From: an uncultured Pseudomonadota bacterium
GTDB lineage: Bacteria > Pseudomonadota > Gammaproteobacteria > Coxiellales > Coxiellaceae
Length of the DNA stretch: 64,000 bases
Assembly (NCBI GenBank): GCA_963818985.1
Contig: CAWFUJ010000008.1
Span: 82,375 to 146,374 of the forward strand
Direction of reading: 5' to 3'
Under the pieces are notes generated by a model. It saw nothing but the letters and a program-made list of their open reading frames with translations, had not been told where the DNA came from and searched no databases. A program made the position numbers and the translations under genes. Positions 20,239 to 32,257 of the stretch are shown piece after piece. Position 1 is the stretch's first letter, and each line of letters starts with the position of its first letter.

Positions 20239-21525
20239 TCAAATATGAGTCATAGTTTTTAAAGGTTGCTGATGTAAATCTTTTACAGTAAAAGCAGCAA
20301 TGAAAGTAATCACCGCAGCTAAGATAAGATTTAAACAAGGTACTTCTGGTCGATGAAAATTATAAAGTAAATAAGTCACAATAGTAGGGGTGAGTCCAGC
20401 AATGATAGCAAAACTAATATTATAAGAAATGGCCACTCCAGAATAGCGAACATGAGTTAAAAACATTTCAGATAATAAACTGGGGACTGCACCCACGATA
20501 CCCGCCGATAAAATTGAAAAACAAATCAAGGCAATTATTTTAACAGCCAGGTGATCGTAATTAAGTAAGCTGTACAAAGGATAGCTTAGAAAAATCATTA
20601 AGAGCGCGCTAGCGAGAATGATAAATCGACGGCCAATTTTATCGGATAAATAACCGATGATTGGAATCAATAAAGAGAATAATAACGTATTTGCTGAGTT
20701 GATGATCAGTGCTTTATTTAATTTGAGGTGACTGATGAGGGTGAGATAGGTTGGCATGTACAAAAATATCTGGGCGATAATTGCCGAAAAAAGCCATACC
20801 AATCCAATACCTTTTAAAATTTCTTGGGTATGAATTTTGAATAAGTGACGTAGCGGATTTTTATTTATTTTTTGCATTCTGGCGATTTCAGTAAAATAAG
20901 GCGTTTCGGTAATTTGATAACGTAAATAAAAGCCAATCATAGCGATCGCCAAACCTAAAAAAAATGCTATTCTCCATCCCCAGGCTTGTAAGTGCTCATA
21001 AGAGAGTAATCCTGCCAATAGTGCGCTAACGGCTGAAGCTAAAAGGATACCTATATTGATGGCACAAAAGACTAGACTGCAAGCCAAGCCCCTTTGGTGC
21101 TGATCGGCATGTTCAGCCACGAAAGTGAGCGCTCCAGGCAAATCACCACCAACAGCCAATCCTTGAAGAAATCTTAAAATTATCAGGAGCACAGGTGCAG
21201 CAATTCCTAATGTTGCATAAGTGGGTAATAGACCCATGAAGGTGGTTGAAATGGCCATGATCGCTATGGAAATTAACATACCTTTTTTACGGCCAAATTG
21301 ATCACCATAATGGCCAAATATCATTGAACCGAGTGGTCTGGAAAAATATCCGACCGCAAATACCGCAAAGGTAATCAACAAAGAGATCGAGTGGTTTTGT
21401 TTGGGAAAAAATAACGTAGCTAAAATAGGGGTAAAGAAAATATAAATGGTAAAGTCATACATTTCTAAACCGCCGCCTAAGCTAGAAACCAGTACAGCTT
21501 TAGAGAGATAAGTTTTTTTGGCCAT
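20239..21525 (-). CDS. MFS transporter, metabolite:H+ symporter (ProP-like) family
   Basis: 12 TM-like segments. Loop 2-3 motif GHYGDQFGRKKGMLISI. Confidence 0.85.
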   Translation of the reverse strand: MAKKTYLSKAVLVSSLGGGLEMYDFTIYIFFTPILATLFFPKQNHSISLLITFAVFAVGYFSRPLGSMIFGHYGDQFGRKKGMLISIAIMAISTTFMGLLPTYATLGIAAPVLLIILRFLQGLAVGGDLPGALTFVAEHADQHQRGLACSLVFCAINIGILLASAVSALLAGLLSYEHLQAWGWRIAFFLGLAIAMIGFYLRYQITETPYFTEIARMQKINKNPLRHLFKIHTQEILKGIGLVWLFSAIIAQIFLYMPTYLTLISHLKLNKALIINSANTLLFSLLIPIIGYLSDKIGRRFIILASALLMIFLSYPLYSLLNYDHLAVKIIALICFSILSAGIVGAVPSLLSEMFLTHVRYSGVAISYNISFAIIAGLTPTIVTYLLYNFHRPEVPCLNLILAAVITFIAAFTVKDLHQQPLKTMTHI

Positions 21526-21553
21526 TTTTATCCTAAGTCTAAGTTGCAGGTTT

Positions 21554-21583
21554 GTCGTCCCGCTACTCGATCGCGGGGTGACG
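21554..21583. repeat. REP-3 family hairpin (degenerate copy)
   Basis: GTCGTCCCGCtactcgaTCGCGGGGTGACG. Related to the perfect copy at 27933..27963. Confidence 0.6.
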
Positions 21584-21755
21584 CGCTTTTATCTTACTAT
21601 AAAAGTTATCTTCTGTTAACAAGAGTACGATTAGAATAAAGGGGTGATTATTATGATAATCACCCTTTTAGAATTCATATCAACTGTATTCTCACTATAA
21701 GTTAAATAAAGTACAATGAACCTAAAATTTAATATAAAAACAATAAAGGAAACCT

Positions 21756-22196
21756 ATGCAAGTATCAAATAATATAATTTATGCAATTTCTCAACCTGTC
21801 GACCGTGACCCCCTCTTGCCTTTTTATGGTTCTACTATTTCGGCTGGATTTCCTTCTCCTGCCGATGATTATTTAGAAAGCGAGTTAAATTTAAATGAAT
21901 TATTAATTAAACATCCATCCGCTACCTTTTTTGTGCGTGCATCTGGCGAATCCATGATTGAGGCCGGTATTCATCATCAAGATATTTTGGTTGTCGATAG
22001 AAGTCTCGAGCCAACCAATGGCAGAATTGTTATTGCCGTTATTAATGGTCAATTAACGGTAAAACGTTTAAAAAAAACTCTGCGGGGGAAAATTTACTTG
22101 ATGCCAGAAAATAAGGAATTTTCAGCAATAGAAGTCAATGCTGAACAAGATATTTATATTTGGGGTGTGGTAACCAACGTAATTCACAGTCTATAA
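21756..22196 (+). CDS. umuD: Translesion polymerase V accessory subunit UmuD (S24 LexA-like peptidase)
   Basis: Ala-Gly cleavage site ([14 protein letters not shown]), Ser nucleophile (ASGESM) and Lys (TVKRL). Followed one nt later by umuC. Confidence 0.9.
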   Translation: MQVSNNIIYAISQPVDRDPLLPFYGSTISAGFPSPADDYLESELNLNELLIKHPSATFFVRASGESMIEAGIHHQDILVVDRSLEPTNGRIVIAVINGQLTVKRLKKTLRGKIYLMPENKEFSAIEVNAEQDIYIWGVVTNVIHSL

Positions 22197-22197
22197 A

Positions 22198-23463
22198 ATG
22201 GCTATTTTTGCATTGGTAGATTGCAATAATTTTTATGCCTCTTGTGAACGAGTTTTTAATCCATCCTTAGAAAAAAAACCTATTGTGGTGCTGTCAAATA
22301 ACGATGGTTGCATTATTGCCCGTTCTAATGAAGCAAAAGCTTTAGGTATTCCCATGGGTGCGCCGTTCTTTAAATATCAAGCCTTATGTCAACAGCATAA
22401 AGTTACGGTTTTTTCTTCTAATTATGAATTATATGGCGATATTTCCCAACGAATCATGAATTCATTATGGTATTTTTGTCCAGATATAGAAGTCTATTCG
22501 ATAGATGAAGCCTTTTTGCGCTTAGACAGCTTTCAACATTTGGATTTACTGGCGTACACTGCGCAAATTCGCCAAACAATAAAGCTATGGGTTGGCATTC
22601 CCGTTTCTATCGGCATTGGCCCAAGTAAAACTTTAGCGAAGCTTGCAAATTTCATTGCTAAGCGCCAACAGCTAACCGGGATTTTTGACTTAGGTGATGC
22701 CGAGTTACGGGGAAAAATATTATCTGATATTGACGTTGAAAAAGTTTGGGGCATTGGTAGACGCTTAACAGAAAAATTAAAAAATTTAGGCATTGGCACT
22801 GCCAAGCAATTAAGTGATAGTAATCCTACCCTAATGCGTCAGCACTTTGGTGTGACTGTAGAGCGAATTGTGTTGGAATTAAATGGTATTTCATGTATAG
22901 GTATGGAAACGGTGAAACCTAAAAAAAATATTATTGCTTCGCGTTCCTTTGGTAAATTGGTCAATCAGTTGTCAGATTTGGAGGAAGCGATCAGCCACCA
23001 TATTGCCCGTGCTTGTGTTCGATTACGTCAACAAAATTCAAAAGCACAAGCATTATATATATTTATTCACACGAATTTTTTTAAAGAGGGCGAACCACAA
23101 TATAAAAAGGGTTTTATGGTTGGATTTGCTGAGCCAACTGCGGACAGTCGTTTAATGATTCATCTGGCAAAAATTAGTCTAAAAAAAATATTTTTGCCAT
23201 ACTATCGCTATCATAAATCTGGCATTATATTGATGAATATTTGTCAAAATACTCATCAGCAAAATGATTTATTTATGGATAATCATCTAGAAAACCAGAG
23301 ACAAAAAATCATGACGATGATGGATGCTGTGAATGAGAGAATGGGTGGCCGCGCAATTTTTATTGCCGCCGAAGGCATAGAGCAGACATGGAAAACGTGC
23401 TCGGAAAGAAAATCTTTACGCTATACCACCCAATGGCACGAACTGGCTACCGCTTTTATTTAG
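22198..23463 (+). CDS. umuC: Y-family DNA polymerase V catalytic subunit UmuC
   Basis: N-terminus [22 protein letters not shown] and SIDEAFL are typical UmuC/DinB motifs. 421 aa. Confidence 0.92.
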   Translation: MAIFALVDCNNFYASCERVFNPSLEKKPIVVLSNNDGCIIARSNEAKALGIPMGAPFFKYQALCQQHKVTVFSSNYELYGDISQRIMNSLWYFCPDIEVYSIDEAFLRLDSFQHLDLLAYTAQIRQTIKLWVGIPVSIGIGPSKTLAKLANFIAKRQQLTGIFDLGDAELRGKILSDIDVEKVWGIGRRLTEKLKNLGIGTAKQLSDSNPTLMRQHFGVTVERIVLELNGISCIGMETVKPKKNIIASRSFGKLVNQLSDLEEAISHHIARACVRLRQQNSKAQALYIFIHTNFFKEGEPQYKKGFMVGFAEPTADSRLMIHLAKISLKKIFLPYYRYHKSGIILMNICQNTHQQNDLFMDNHLENQRQKIMTMMDAVNERMGGRAIFIAAEGIEQTWKTCSERKSLRYTTQWHELATAFI

Positions 23464-24286
23464 AATCAAGGTAGCTTTTGGTTATTTTTTCTAATGTACC
23501 CTGAGCGGATAAGCTATTAATAGCTTGATTCAATATTTGTTGCAAAGCCGTGTCTTGTTTGCGTACTGCATAGACGTCGTTGATAGGTTGAATTAACAAA
23601 ACCTCGAGTTTATTATTTACTTTGGTTTGCGCATAGCGGGCTAAAGGATAATAAACGATCGCCAAATCCACTTCCCCTTCATTTAATGCTGTCATCAAGT
23701 CGTTGATCGAGCTATATGTTTTTACCGGTGAAGATGGAGCGATGCTATGAGCCGGAAGCCAATAACGGGCAGCGTAACCGTCCTTGAGCACTCCGATTGA
23801 ATGATGTTTTAAATCGTCCAGTGAGCGAAAAGGCCCGCTATTTTTAAAATATAAGAAACTCAAGCCACCTTTTGAATAATATGGAGTGGTTAATAAGAAT
23901 TGTTTCCGCATTCCAGGTAGGTCCCAAGAATTAGCAATCACATCAATTTTGCCTTCTTTTAGCAGCTGATTGAGATTGGTTGCATTATCAAAACCAATAA
24001 AATTAATATTTTTTATTCCGGCTTGCTTAGCGACTTCAGAAAAAATCTCCTGACCAAAACCTGGCTGATTACTATCACTATTAGTAAAATAAAAAGGCGG
24101 TAATTGTTTGTAATGGCCGACATTTAAGGTTTCTTTGCCGGATTGTAATTTATTTATATTTAATGCCGGGGCAATACTCATATCCATTACGGATTTCTTA
24201 TCAGAAATGGTTGCTTCTGTTGCATTAGCAACGTGGGCGAAACAAGCGAGAAGAATGGAATATACTAGCGGACGCAATATTTTCAT
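23456..24286 (-). CDS. Periplasmic amino-acid-type substrate-binding protein (SBP family 3)
   Basis: GGAGG precedes the ATG at 24286, giving [22 protein letters not shown] (signal peptide). SBP_bac_3-like body. Confidence 0.75.
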   Translation of the reverse strand: MKILRPLVYSILLACFAHVANATEATISDKKSVMDMSIAPALNINKLQSGKETLNVGHYKQLPPFYFTNSDSNQPGFGQEIFSEVAKQAGIKNINFIGFDNATNLNQLLKEGKIDVIANSWDLPGMRKQFLLTTPYYSKGGLSFLYFKNSGPFRSLDDLKHHSIGVLKDGYAARYWLPAHSIAPSSPVKTYSSINDLMTALNEGEVDLAIVYYPLARYAQTKVNNKLEVLLIQPINDVYAVRKQDTALQQILNQAINSLSAQGTLEKITKSYLDSK

Positions 24287-24365
24287 AATTTCCTCCATAA
24301 AATCATTTAATATTCCTAAATAAGAAATATTATACCATAGAATTTCCTGGAGCAATATCCCAATT

Positions 24366-24857
24366 TTATCCAGGGTGAACGTAGGCGGAAATATCCGGCC
24401 ATAATTTTGGAAATAAAGACTTTAATACTTCTGGAGTACCTATACGCATGTCCGCATAATCAAATCCAGGCGCAACCGCTTCGCCTAATAAGCCAAATTC
24501 TCCTTTTTCAAGCACAGTCGCTTTCCAGTAACCACCTTTGACAATCAATTGGAATTGATGCCCTTTAGCAACATCATTGCCTAGGGTAAATTTCTCTAAG
24601 ACACCATCAGGGCTAATAATGAAATAGGTCAAGGGTGAACCCGAATGAAAATAATGAATAATGTCAGATTTGTTAACATGAAAATAACCAATAGGTCTAT
24701 CGTCCGTCAACAGATAGTAAATAGAAGTTAATAAAAAACGCTCGCGTGGATTCCGATCTGTCTGAATGATTACTGCGGAACGATAAGTTTCAGAAAAATA
24801 CCCCCCCTCGCGGTGCGGAATCAAACCTAAAGTATCAATCAGTTGCTTTTTTTTCAT
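24366..24857 (-). CDS. Cupin-fold protein (DUF985 family)
   Basis: GGYFSETYRS and cupin beta-barrel motifs. The likely start, MKKKQLID at 24857, lies 14 nt after the serS stop. Confidence 0.75.
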   Translation of the reverse strand: MKKKQLIDTLGLIPHREGGYFSETYRSAVIIQTDRNPRERFLLTSIYYLLTDDRPIGYFHVNKSDIIHYFHSGSPLTYFIISPDGVLEKFTLGNDVAKGHQFQLIVKGGYWKATVLEKGEFGLLGEAVAPGFDYADMRIGTPEVLKSLFPKLWPDISAYVHPG

Positions 24858-24870
24858 CGTCTCTCTGGTT

Positions 24871-26145
24871 TTAGCGGGTAATGACAGTTTGTTGTAAATA
24901 TTTTTGCAATACTTCTGGAACACGAATATTTCCTTCAGAATCTTGATAGTTTTCCATTACGGCGATTAATGTCCGCCCTATCGCTAAGCCAGAGCCGTTC
25001 AAAGTATGTAATAATTCTGGTTTTTCATTTGGATGCGGCCGCCAACGCGCCTGTAGGCGCCGTGCTTGAAAATCGGTGCAGTTGCTGCACGAAGAAATTT
25101 CCCGATAACAATTTTGTCCAGGAAGCCAAACCTCAATGTCGTAAGTTTTAGCTGCGCCATTCCCTGTATCCCCCGCACATAATAACATGACTCGATAAGG
25201 GATCTGTAACTCTTGTAAAACCCGTTGGGCATGTCCTGTTAATTCTTCCAATGCAGTCATTGAATCGGCAGGTTTTACTAATTGCACCAACTCTACTTTT
25301 TCAAATTGGTGCTGACGAATCATGCCGCGCGTATCTTTACCATAAGAGCCGGCTTCACTACGAAAACAGGGAGTTTGCGCCACTAATTTTAACGGTAATT
25401 GATCCGCGTTATAAATGACATCCCGAGCTAAATTGGTTAAAGGAACTTCTGCTGTGGGAATTAAACACAAGTTTTTATCGCCGCCGACATAAAAATAATC
25501 TTCTTTGAATTTTGGCAGTTGGCCAGTGCCATATAATGCTTGCTGTTGGACTAAATAAGGGACATAAACTTCTTGATACCCATGTTGTCGAGTATGTAAA
25601 TCTAACATAAATTGCCCTAAGGCACGGTGCAACTTAGCTAATTGGCCATGCAATACGACAAATCGGGAACCGGATAATTTTGCTGCACTTTCAAAATCTA
25701 TCCCCCCTAGCCCCTCCCCCAAGGTAATATGATCTTGAATGGGAAAATCAAATTTTGGCAGCTTGCCCCATTGACGTACTTCAACGTTTTCAACTTCAGT
25801 TTTGCCTTCCGGTACTGAACTATCTAATAAATTTGGTAATTGCCACTGAAATTCCTGCAAGTTTTGTTGGGCCTCAGTTAATTTATTTTCATAGTCTTGC
25901 AATTCTAAATTTATATGAGCCACTTTATTTAATAACAAAGTGGCATCTTCGCCTTTAGCTTTGGCTTGTCCAATAGCTTTGGAAATTTGATTACGTTGAC
26001 TTTGTAATTCCTGGGTCTTTAGTTGGATATCGCGACGTTTATTTTCTAATTCCATAAATAAATCAACATCCAAAAAATAGCCTCGTCGCGCCAGTTCTGC
26101 TGCTAATTTGGTTGGGTTTTGTCTTAATAACTTTGGATCTAACAT
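24871..26145 (-). CDS. serS: Seryl-tRNA synthetase
   Basis: 424 aa. N-terminal coiled-coil arm ([11 protein letters not shown]...) and class II core motifs ([19 protein letters not shown]). Confidence 0.95.
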   Translation of the reverse strand: MLDPKLLRQNPTKLAAELARRGYFLDVDLFMELENKRRDIQLKTQELQSQRNQISKAIGQAKAKGEDATLLLNKVAHINLELQDYENKLTEAQQNLQEFQWQLPNLLDSSVPEGKTEVENVEVRQWGKLPKFDFPIQDHITLGEGLGGIDFESAAKLSGSRFVVLHGQLAKLHRALGQFMLDLHTRQHGYQEVYVPYLVQQQALYGTGQLPKFKEDYFYVGGDKNLCLIPTAEVPLTNLARDVIYNADQLPLKLVAQTPCFRSEAGSYGKDTRGMIRQHQFEKVELVQLVKPADSMTALEELTGHAQRVLQELQIPYRVMLLCAGDTGNGAAKTYDIEVWLPGQNCYREISSCSNCTDFQARRLQARWRPHPNEKPELLHTLNGSGLAIGRTLIAVMENYQDSEGNIRVPEVLQKYLQQTVITR

Positions 26146-26154
26146 TTTTTTTTC

Positions 26155-26547
26155 CTATAAAATAATACGCACGATAGCCAAACCTAGTGCAGTCGCAAAT
26201 ACTCCGGCGCCAATACTCAATATGATATATGTCAAGGCAGCGAAATACTCTCCGGCATAAATCAAGGTAATTGTATCCATGCTAAAGCTAGACAATGTGG
26301 TAAATCCACCTAAAATGCCCACAAAAACTCCTGCACGAATAATTGGACCCACATCAAATCGTTCTACCATTATCCCAAAGAAAATACCCATTAACAAACA
26401 ACCGATAATATTAACTGATAATATTCCCCAAGGAAAAAACTCTGTTTTAGTCTGCTCTTGGACCCAATACGAAAGTCCAAAACGACATAATGCGCCAATT
26501 GCACCGCCCAATAAAACGGCAATTATTTGCCAAATTAATGTGTTCAT
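26155..26547 (-). CDS. crcB: Fluoride channel CrcB/FluC
   Basis: 130 aa with 4 TM segments and the GGFTTLSSF motif. Its start overlaps the rarA stop (ATGA). Confidence 0.9.
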   Translation of the reverse strand: MNTLIWQIIAVLLGGAIGALCRFGLSYWVQEQTKTEFFPWGILSVNIIGCLLMGIFFGIMVERFDVGPIIRAGVFVGILGGFTTLSSFSMDTITLIYAGEYFAALTYIILSIGAGVFATALGLAIVRIIL

Positions 26548-27872
26548 GAAGTTTTATTTTTCCTTGCCTTTTGTTTTAATATTTCTAAATGGGCTAATTT
26601 TTCTTTGATTTTAATTTCTAAACCTCGTTCCACCGGATGATAGTATTTTTTTTCAGGCATTGTGTCAGGAAAATATTGCTCACCTGCTGCATAGGCCTCA
26701 GCCTCATTGTGGGCATAACGATATTCTTTACCATACTCTAATTCCCGCATTAATCGCGTTGGTGCATTACGCAATTTTAAGGGGACTTCAAGGCTGCCTA
26801 ACTCTTTAGCGTCGCGCATGGCTTCGTTATAGGCAGTATAAACCGCATTACTTTTGGCTGCGCAAGCTAAATAAATAACTGTTTGAGCAAGCGTTAATTC
26901 GCCTTCCGGCGAGCCCAGACGTTCATAAGTCTGCCAAGCGGATAATGCTAAATCCAAAGCGCGTGGATCGGCATTGCCAATATCCTCACTGGCCATTCGT
27001 AACAAGCGTCTAGCTAAATATTCTGGATCACATCCGCCATCAATCATTCGTGAAAACCAATATAGTGCAGCATCAGGATCGGAACCGCGCACCGACTTAT
27101 GCAAGGCAGAAATTTGATCGTAAAAATATTCTCCGCCTTTATCAAACCGGCGTATGCCGGTTCGTAACACTTCATTGAGAGTGTTTTCTTCGATGATTTC
27201 TTTACCATTTTTATTAACGGCGAAATCAGCCAATATTTCTAAAATATTTAACGATTGGCGTGCGTCGCCATCAGCAAATTCAGCAATTTTTTGTCGAAGT
27301 TCTGGCGCGAGTTGAATAGGTCGATTTCCCAAGCCACGTTTTTTATCTTTTAAAGCATGATCGATAATAATTAGCAAATCTTCGGCAGTTAGAGGTTTTA
27401 AAACATACACACGTAGACGTGATAAGAGTGCGTTATTTAATGCGAATGAAGGATTTTCAGTGGTTGCTCCAATTAGAATGATGGTGCCTTTTTCAACATG
27501 AGGTAGAAAAGCATCCTGCTGAGCTTTATTAAATCGATGCACTTCATCGACAAATAAGATAGTCGCTTGTTGGGTGTGCTCTTTGGTCTCTTTGGCTTTA
27601 GCAACGACTTCACGAATGTCTTTGACTCCGCTTAATACGGCGGATAACTGTTCAAATTCCGCGTTACAGTTATGGGCAATTAATTCTGCTAATGTTGTTT
27701 TACCAGTTCCTGGCGGTCCCCAAAAAATCATGGAATGGGGATGGCCTTGGGCGATAGCTTGATATAAAGGTTTACCTTTGGCTAATAGATGTGTTTGACC
27801 CACAAATTCGGCAAGAGTTTGTGGGCGCATGCGGGTAGCTAAAGGTATAGAAGGATCAGGTTGCAACACCAT
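26544..27872 (-). CDS. rarA: Replication-associated recombination protein A (AAA+)
   Basis: Walker [10 protein letters not shown], Walker [12 protein letters not shown], and a MgsA-type C-terminal domain. Confidence 0.93.
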   Translation of the reverse strand: MVLQPDPSIPLATRMRPQTLAEFVGQTHLLAKGKPLYQAIAQGHPHSMIFWGPPGTGKTTLAELIAHNCNAEFEQLSAVLSGVKDIREVVAKAKETKEHTQQATILFVDEVHRFNKAQQDAFLPHVEKGTIILIGATTENPSFALNNALLSRLRVYVLKPLTAEDLLIIIDHALKDKKRGLGNRPIQLAPELRQKIAEFADGDARQSLNILEILADFAVNKNGKEIIEENTLNEVLRTGIRRFDKGGEYFYDQISALHKSVRGSDPDAALYWFSRMIDGGCDPEYLARRLLRMASEDIGNADPRALDLALSAWQTYERLGSPEGELTLAQTVIYLACAAKSNAVYTAYNEAMRDAKELGSLEVPLKLRNAPTRLMRELEYGKEYRYAHNEAEAYAAGEQYFPDTMPEKKYYHPVERGLEIKIKEKLAHLEILKQKARKNKTS

Positions 27873-27932
27873 GAAATTACCAATATAAAACTATAATCAT
27901 ATCACCAGGAAAAACGACATGTATACAAGATT

Positions 27933-27963
27933 CGTCATCCCGCGACCAAGTCGCGGGATGACG
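27933..27963. repeat. REP-3 hairpin (CGTCATCCCGCGAC-N3-GTCGCGGGATGACG)
   Basis: 14-bp perfect stem between the rarA start and the lolA stop. Confidence 0.8.
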
Positions 27964-28004
27964 TACTAAAGTGGGCTGAGCAGATGCTTGCAATGAACTT
28001 GATT

Positions 28005-28625
28005 TTATCCCTTTAGAATTTGGACTCCGTGGGGGGCTTTAAACTGAAATAATCCAGGGCTAAGTTTTGGGTTAATTTGTATTTGGCTGAAAGTAAAAGT
28101 ATTGGTTTGATTAAGCTGATTGATAATTTTGAGGCCGGTTAATTTGTTTTGTTGAAATTGGAGAAATGCAGCTTTAAAGCCCCTACCCCCTTGTTTTGGT
28201 ACCAATTTATACCAACCATTGCTTTCTTCAGTGATCGTAAATTTTTGAGTTAAATCTGCGACTGGCCGAGTTAACAATTCTGCTGGATTAAAACCACGCT
28301 TTGCGGCGGATTGTTGGGATGCCTGTTTTAAGTCTACATCGTAAATCCATAAAGTATTACCATTGGCTATAATTGTTTGTTGATAGGGTTGAGCCGTTTC
28401 CCAACGAAATTTGCCTGGACGCATCATATAAACTTTTCCATGGCTTTTTTGTGCTGCATGATTTTTCTTACCATAACTCGTTTGCTGAAAATTGGCTTCG
28501 TAAGTTGTGTAATTGCCTAATGATTGTGATAAAGAGCTACTGGCATCTCCTTCTGCATAGGCTGATTGAAAAACCATAAATAAACAAACGACAGTTAATT
28601 TTTTCAGTAAAGAAAATTTTTTCAT
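28005..28625 (-). CDS. lolA: Outer-membrane lipoprotein carrier protein LolA
   Basis: GGAGA precedes the ATG at 28625, giving MKKFSLLKKLTVVCLFMVFQSAYA (signal peptide). LolA-like body; ftsK-lolA-rarA synteny. Confidence 0.88.
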   Translation of the reverse strand: MKKFSLLKKLTVVCLFMVFQSAYAEGDASSSLSQSLGNYTTYEANFQQTSYGKKNHAAQKSHGKVYMMRPGKFRWETAQPYQQTIIANGNTLWIYDVDLKQASQQSAAKRGFNPAELLTRPVADLTQKFTITEESNGWYKLVPKQGGRGFKAAFLQFQQNKLTGLKIINQLNQTNTFTFSQIQINPKLSPGLFQFKAPHGVQILKG

Positions 28626-28720
28626 ATCCATTCTCCATAAAGTTAAACTACGGACTCGGCAAATGCCCATGCATCTGCTTTTCCTTTTTCCGAAGTTTCG
28701 AACATCGGTCAAAAGCCACT

Positions 28721-31080
28721 TCACTCAGTCACAGGGACTAAAACTTCCCGGGTACCATTATTCTCCATTTTGCTGACCACCCCGGCATTTTCCATGGCCT
28801 CAACTATTCTTGCGGCTCTATTGTAACCAATTTTAAAGCGACGCTGAATACTTGATACTGACACCCGCCTTGATTTTGCGACAAAGGCCACGGCCTCATC
28901 ATAAAGCGAATCTTGTTCAGCATCTCCTTCTACCATGCCCATGGCATCTTCAGAGCCATTGCCACTTGTTTCTATACTGGCAAGATCATTTAAAATTTCA
29001 TCAACGTAATTGGGTTTGCCCTTTTTCTTCAGCTCGGCAACTACACGATGGACTTCATCATCACTGACATAAGCACCATGCACGCGCACAGGTACCCCGG
29101 TTCCGGGAGCCAAGTATAACATATCTCCATTACCAAGTAATTGTTCAGCTCCTTGTTGATCAAGGATAGTTCGCGAATCAATTTTTGATGAGACTTGGAA
29201 GGCGATACGTGTAGGGATATTGGCTTTAATCAAGCCGGTGATCACATCCACCGATGGACGTTGAGTGGCGAGAATTAAATGCACCCCAGCAGCACGGGCT
29301 TTTTGCGCCAAGCGAGCAATTAATGTTTCAACTTTTTTACCAACCACCACCATCATATCGGCAAATTCATCCGCTAATACCACAATTTGCGGTAAGGCTT
29401 GTAAAGCCCTTTGGTCTTCATCGTCTGCTCTCGGTAAGGGGTCAAGTAAAGGCGTACCTCGTTCAGCGGCTTCCTGTACTTTAACGTTGTAACCGGCAAT
29501 ATTGCGAACGCCTAATGCTGACATTAATCGATAACGTCTTTCCATTTCCATCACACACCAACGCAATGCACTGGCCGCATCACGCATGTCGGTCACGACC
29601 GGGGTTAATAAATGTGGAATGCCATCATATACTGAGAGCTCCAGCATTTTAGGGTCGATCATGATGATTCGTAATTGTTGAGGGGTAGCCTTATATAAAA
29701 GACTTAATAACATAGCATTTAAGCTCACTGACTTACCCGCTCCAGTGGTACCTGCGACTAGTAAATGTGGCATTTTTGCTAGATCAACCACCACCGGGTG
29801 ACCGGCAATATCTTTTCCCAACGCTAAGCTGAGTGCTGAACGGGCATTGGCATAGGCTTTTGAAGCCAATACTTCCTGAAGGTGAACCGATTCTCGGTCT
29901 TTATTGGGAAGTTCTAAACCAATTACTGATTTACCTGGAATAACTTCGACGACACGCACACTGGTCACAGAGAGTGAGCGTGCCAAATCTTTCGCTAAAT
30001 TACTTATTTTGCTAACTTTTGTTCCTGCCGCCAATTGTAGTTCAAACCGTGTCACCACCGGCCCAGGTTGTACACCGACCACTTGCACTGCTACGCCAAA
30101 GTCTGCCAGATGCGCTTCTACTTGCCTTGATAAGGCATTTAATTCCTGTTCACTTATTTGGACTCTTTTTTATTATGGCCAGCATCTAATAGGGAAAGAT
30201 CTGGTAATGTATCCGATTCAGTTTGATTATAACGGGGCGCCCGACGCATTTCTTTAGAAATGTCTTCTGCTTCTACTGGCTTTAGTTTAGGTTTGGTCAA
30301 GACTTTGGGAGGTTCTTCTTCGGTTTTTATAGCTTCCTGTTTTACTTCTGATTTTACTGTCGCATTTAATTGAACTGGTCGTGGCTTTTGTTGCTTAACA
30401 AGAAGTATGTTTTGGAATTTTTGCAACGTCAATCGCCATCCCGTTAATGCCAAGTTGCCCAACCATTCGCATCCCTGCATCCAAGATAGACCGGTAAACA
30501 ATGTTAGGCCTATTAATAATATCGCAATTAAAATTAATAAAGCGCCTGCCGGATTGAAAATATTGACCATAGTGGCGCCTAACGTATTTCCCAATATTCC
30601 ACCGGCATAAAAAGTCATCGATACATTAATCGTTTGATTCTTTAAACCTGCTAAGCCTGCGCCAGCACTAATAATTAATATGAAACCCAGGATACGCAAG
30701 CTCGACATCAGCATGTTTAAAGATGGTTTTTCGATTTCTTCACTTCTACGCTCAAAAAGCGACCAGCCATTGTAAATAAGCAGTAGAGGAATGATATATG
30801 CCAAATAGCCACATAAATACAGCAAAATATCAGCAATCCATGCACCAGCACGTCCAGCCGCATTTTGCACATGACTCGCGGTGACTAAGTTAGACCAACT
30901 CGGATCAGTTCGATGATAAGTGGCTAAAGCCAATAATAAAAACCCTGATAACGTGAGGATTAAGATCAATAATCCTTCACGCAGCCTCAAGAGCAAAAAG
31001 TTACTAATGACTAATCTGTGATTGCTTGAGGTCCCTGAATCCCTTTTTTTACGTTTTTTTCTAGCCAAATCAACTCCCAC
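28721..31080 (-). pseudogene. ftsK: DNA translocase FtsK, split by a frameshift in an A6 run
   Basis: ORF 30154..31080 encodes the basic N-terminus, TM helices and linker, ending ...[20 protein letters not shown] 28721..30088 encodes the motor: Walker A GTTGAGKS, Walker [12 protein letters not shown], and the gamma domain. The motor frame is open from 30169 and reads [44 protein letters not shown]. One extra A in the A6 run (T6 on the + strand, 30166..30171) would therefore restore a continuous FtsK. Confidence 0.8.
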
Positions 31081-31091
31081 GATATTTATAA

Positions 31092-32147
<1,056 letters not shown>

Positions 32148-32155
32148 TTTATTTA

Positions 32156-32257
32156 TTCCCCCTCTCCCAGCATTTATAAAGGTGTGGCAAGAAAATCTGA
32201 GAAGTACCTATATAGAGCTCCCTCACCCTAACCCTCTCCCGGACGGGAGAGGGGAAT
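32156..32257. repeat. Composite REP-1 element (~100 bp)
   Basis: An outer half-site TTCCCCCTCTCCC (32156-32168) faces GGGAGAGGGGAA (32245-32256). The inner perfect hairpin is CCCTCTCCC ggac GGGAGAGGG (32232-32253), preceded by CCCTCACCCTAA. It fills the convergent trxB / GH3 intergenic space. Confidence 0.8.

Noticed and set aside
21683-21700. A LexA/SOS box upstream of umuD (CTGTATTCTCACTATA)
   Set aside because: Only the CTGT half-site is present and the second half is TATA rather than ACAG. This is not enough to call a box.
26540-26560. A fluoride riboswitch upstream of crcB
   Set aside because: The crcB start codon overlaps the rarA stop (ATGA), leaving no leader in which a riboswitch could reside. 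crcB appears to be co-transcribed with rarA.
30160-30175. dnaX-like programmed -1 frameshifting as the primary explanation for the ftsK split
   Set aside because: The A6 run is in the AAA-AAA-G register rather than A-AAA-AAG. The P-site re-pairing would be to TAA, and I see no convincing downstream stem-loop or upstream SD-like stimulator. I keep it only as a minor alternative in the ftsK finding.
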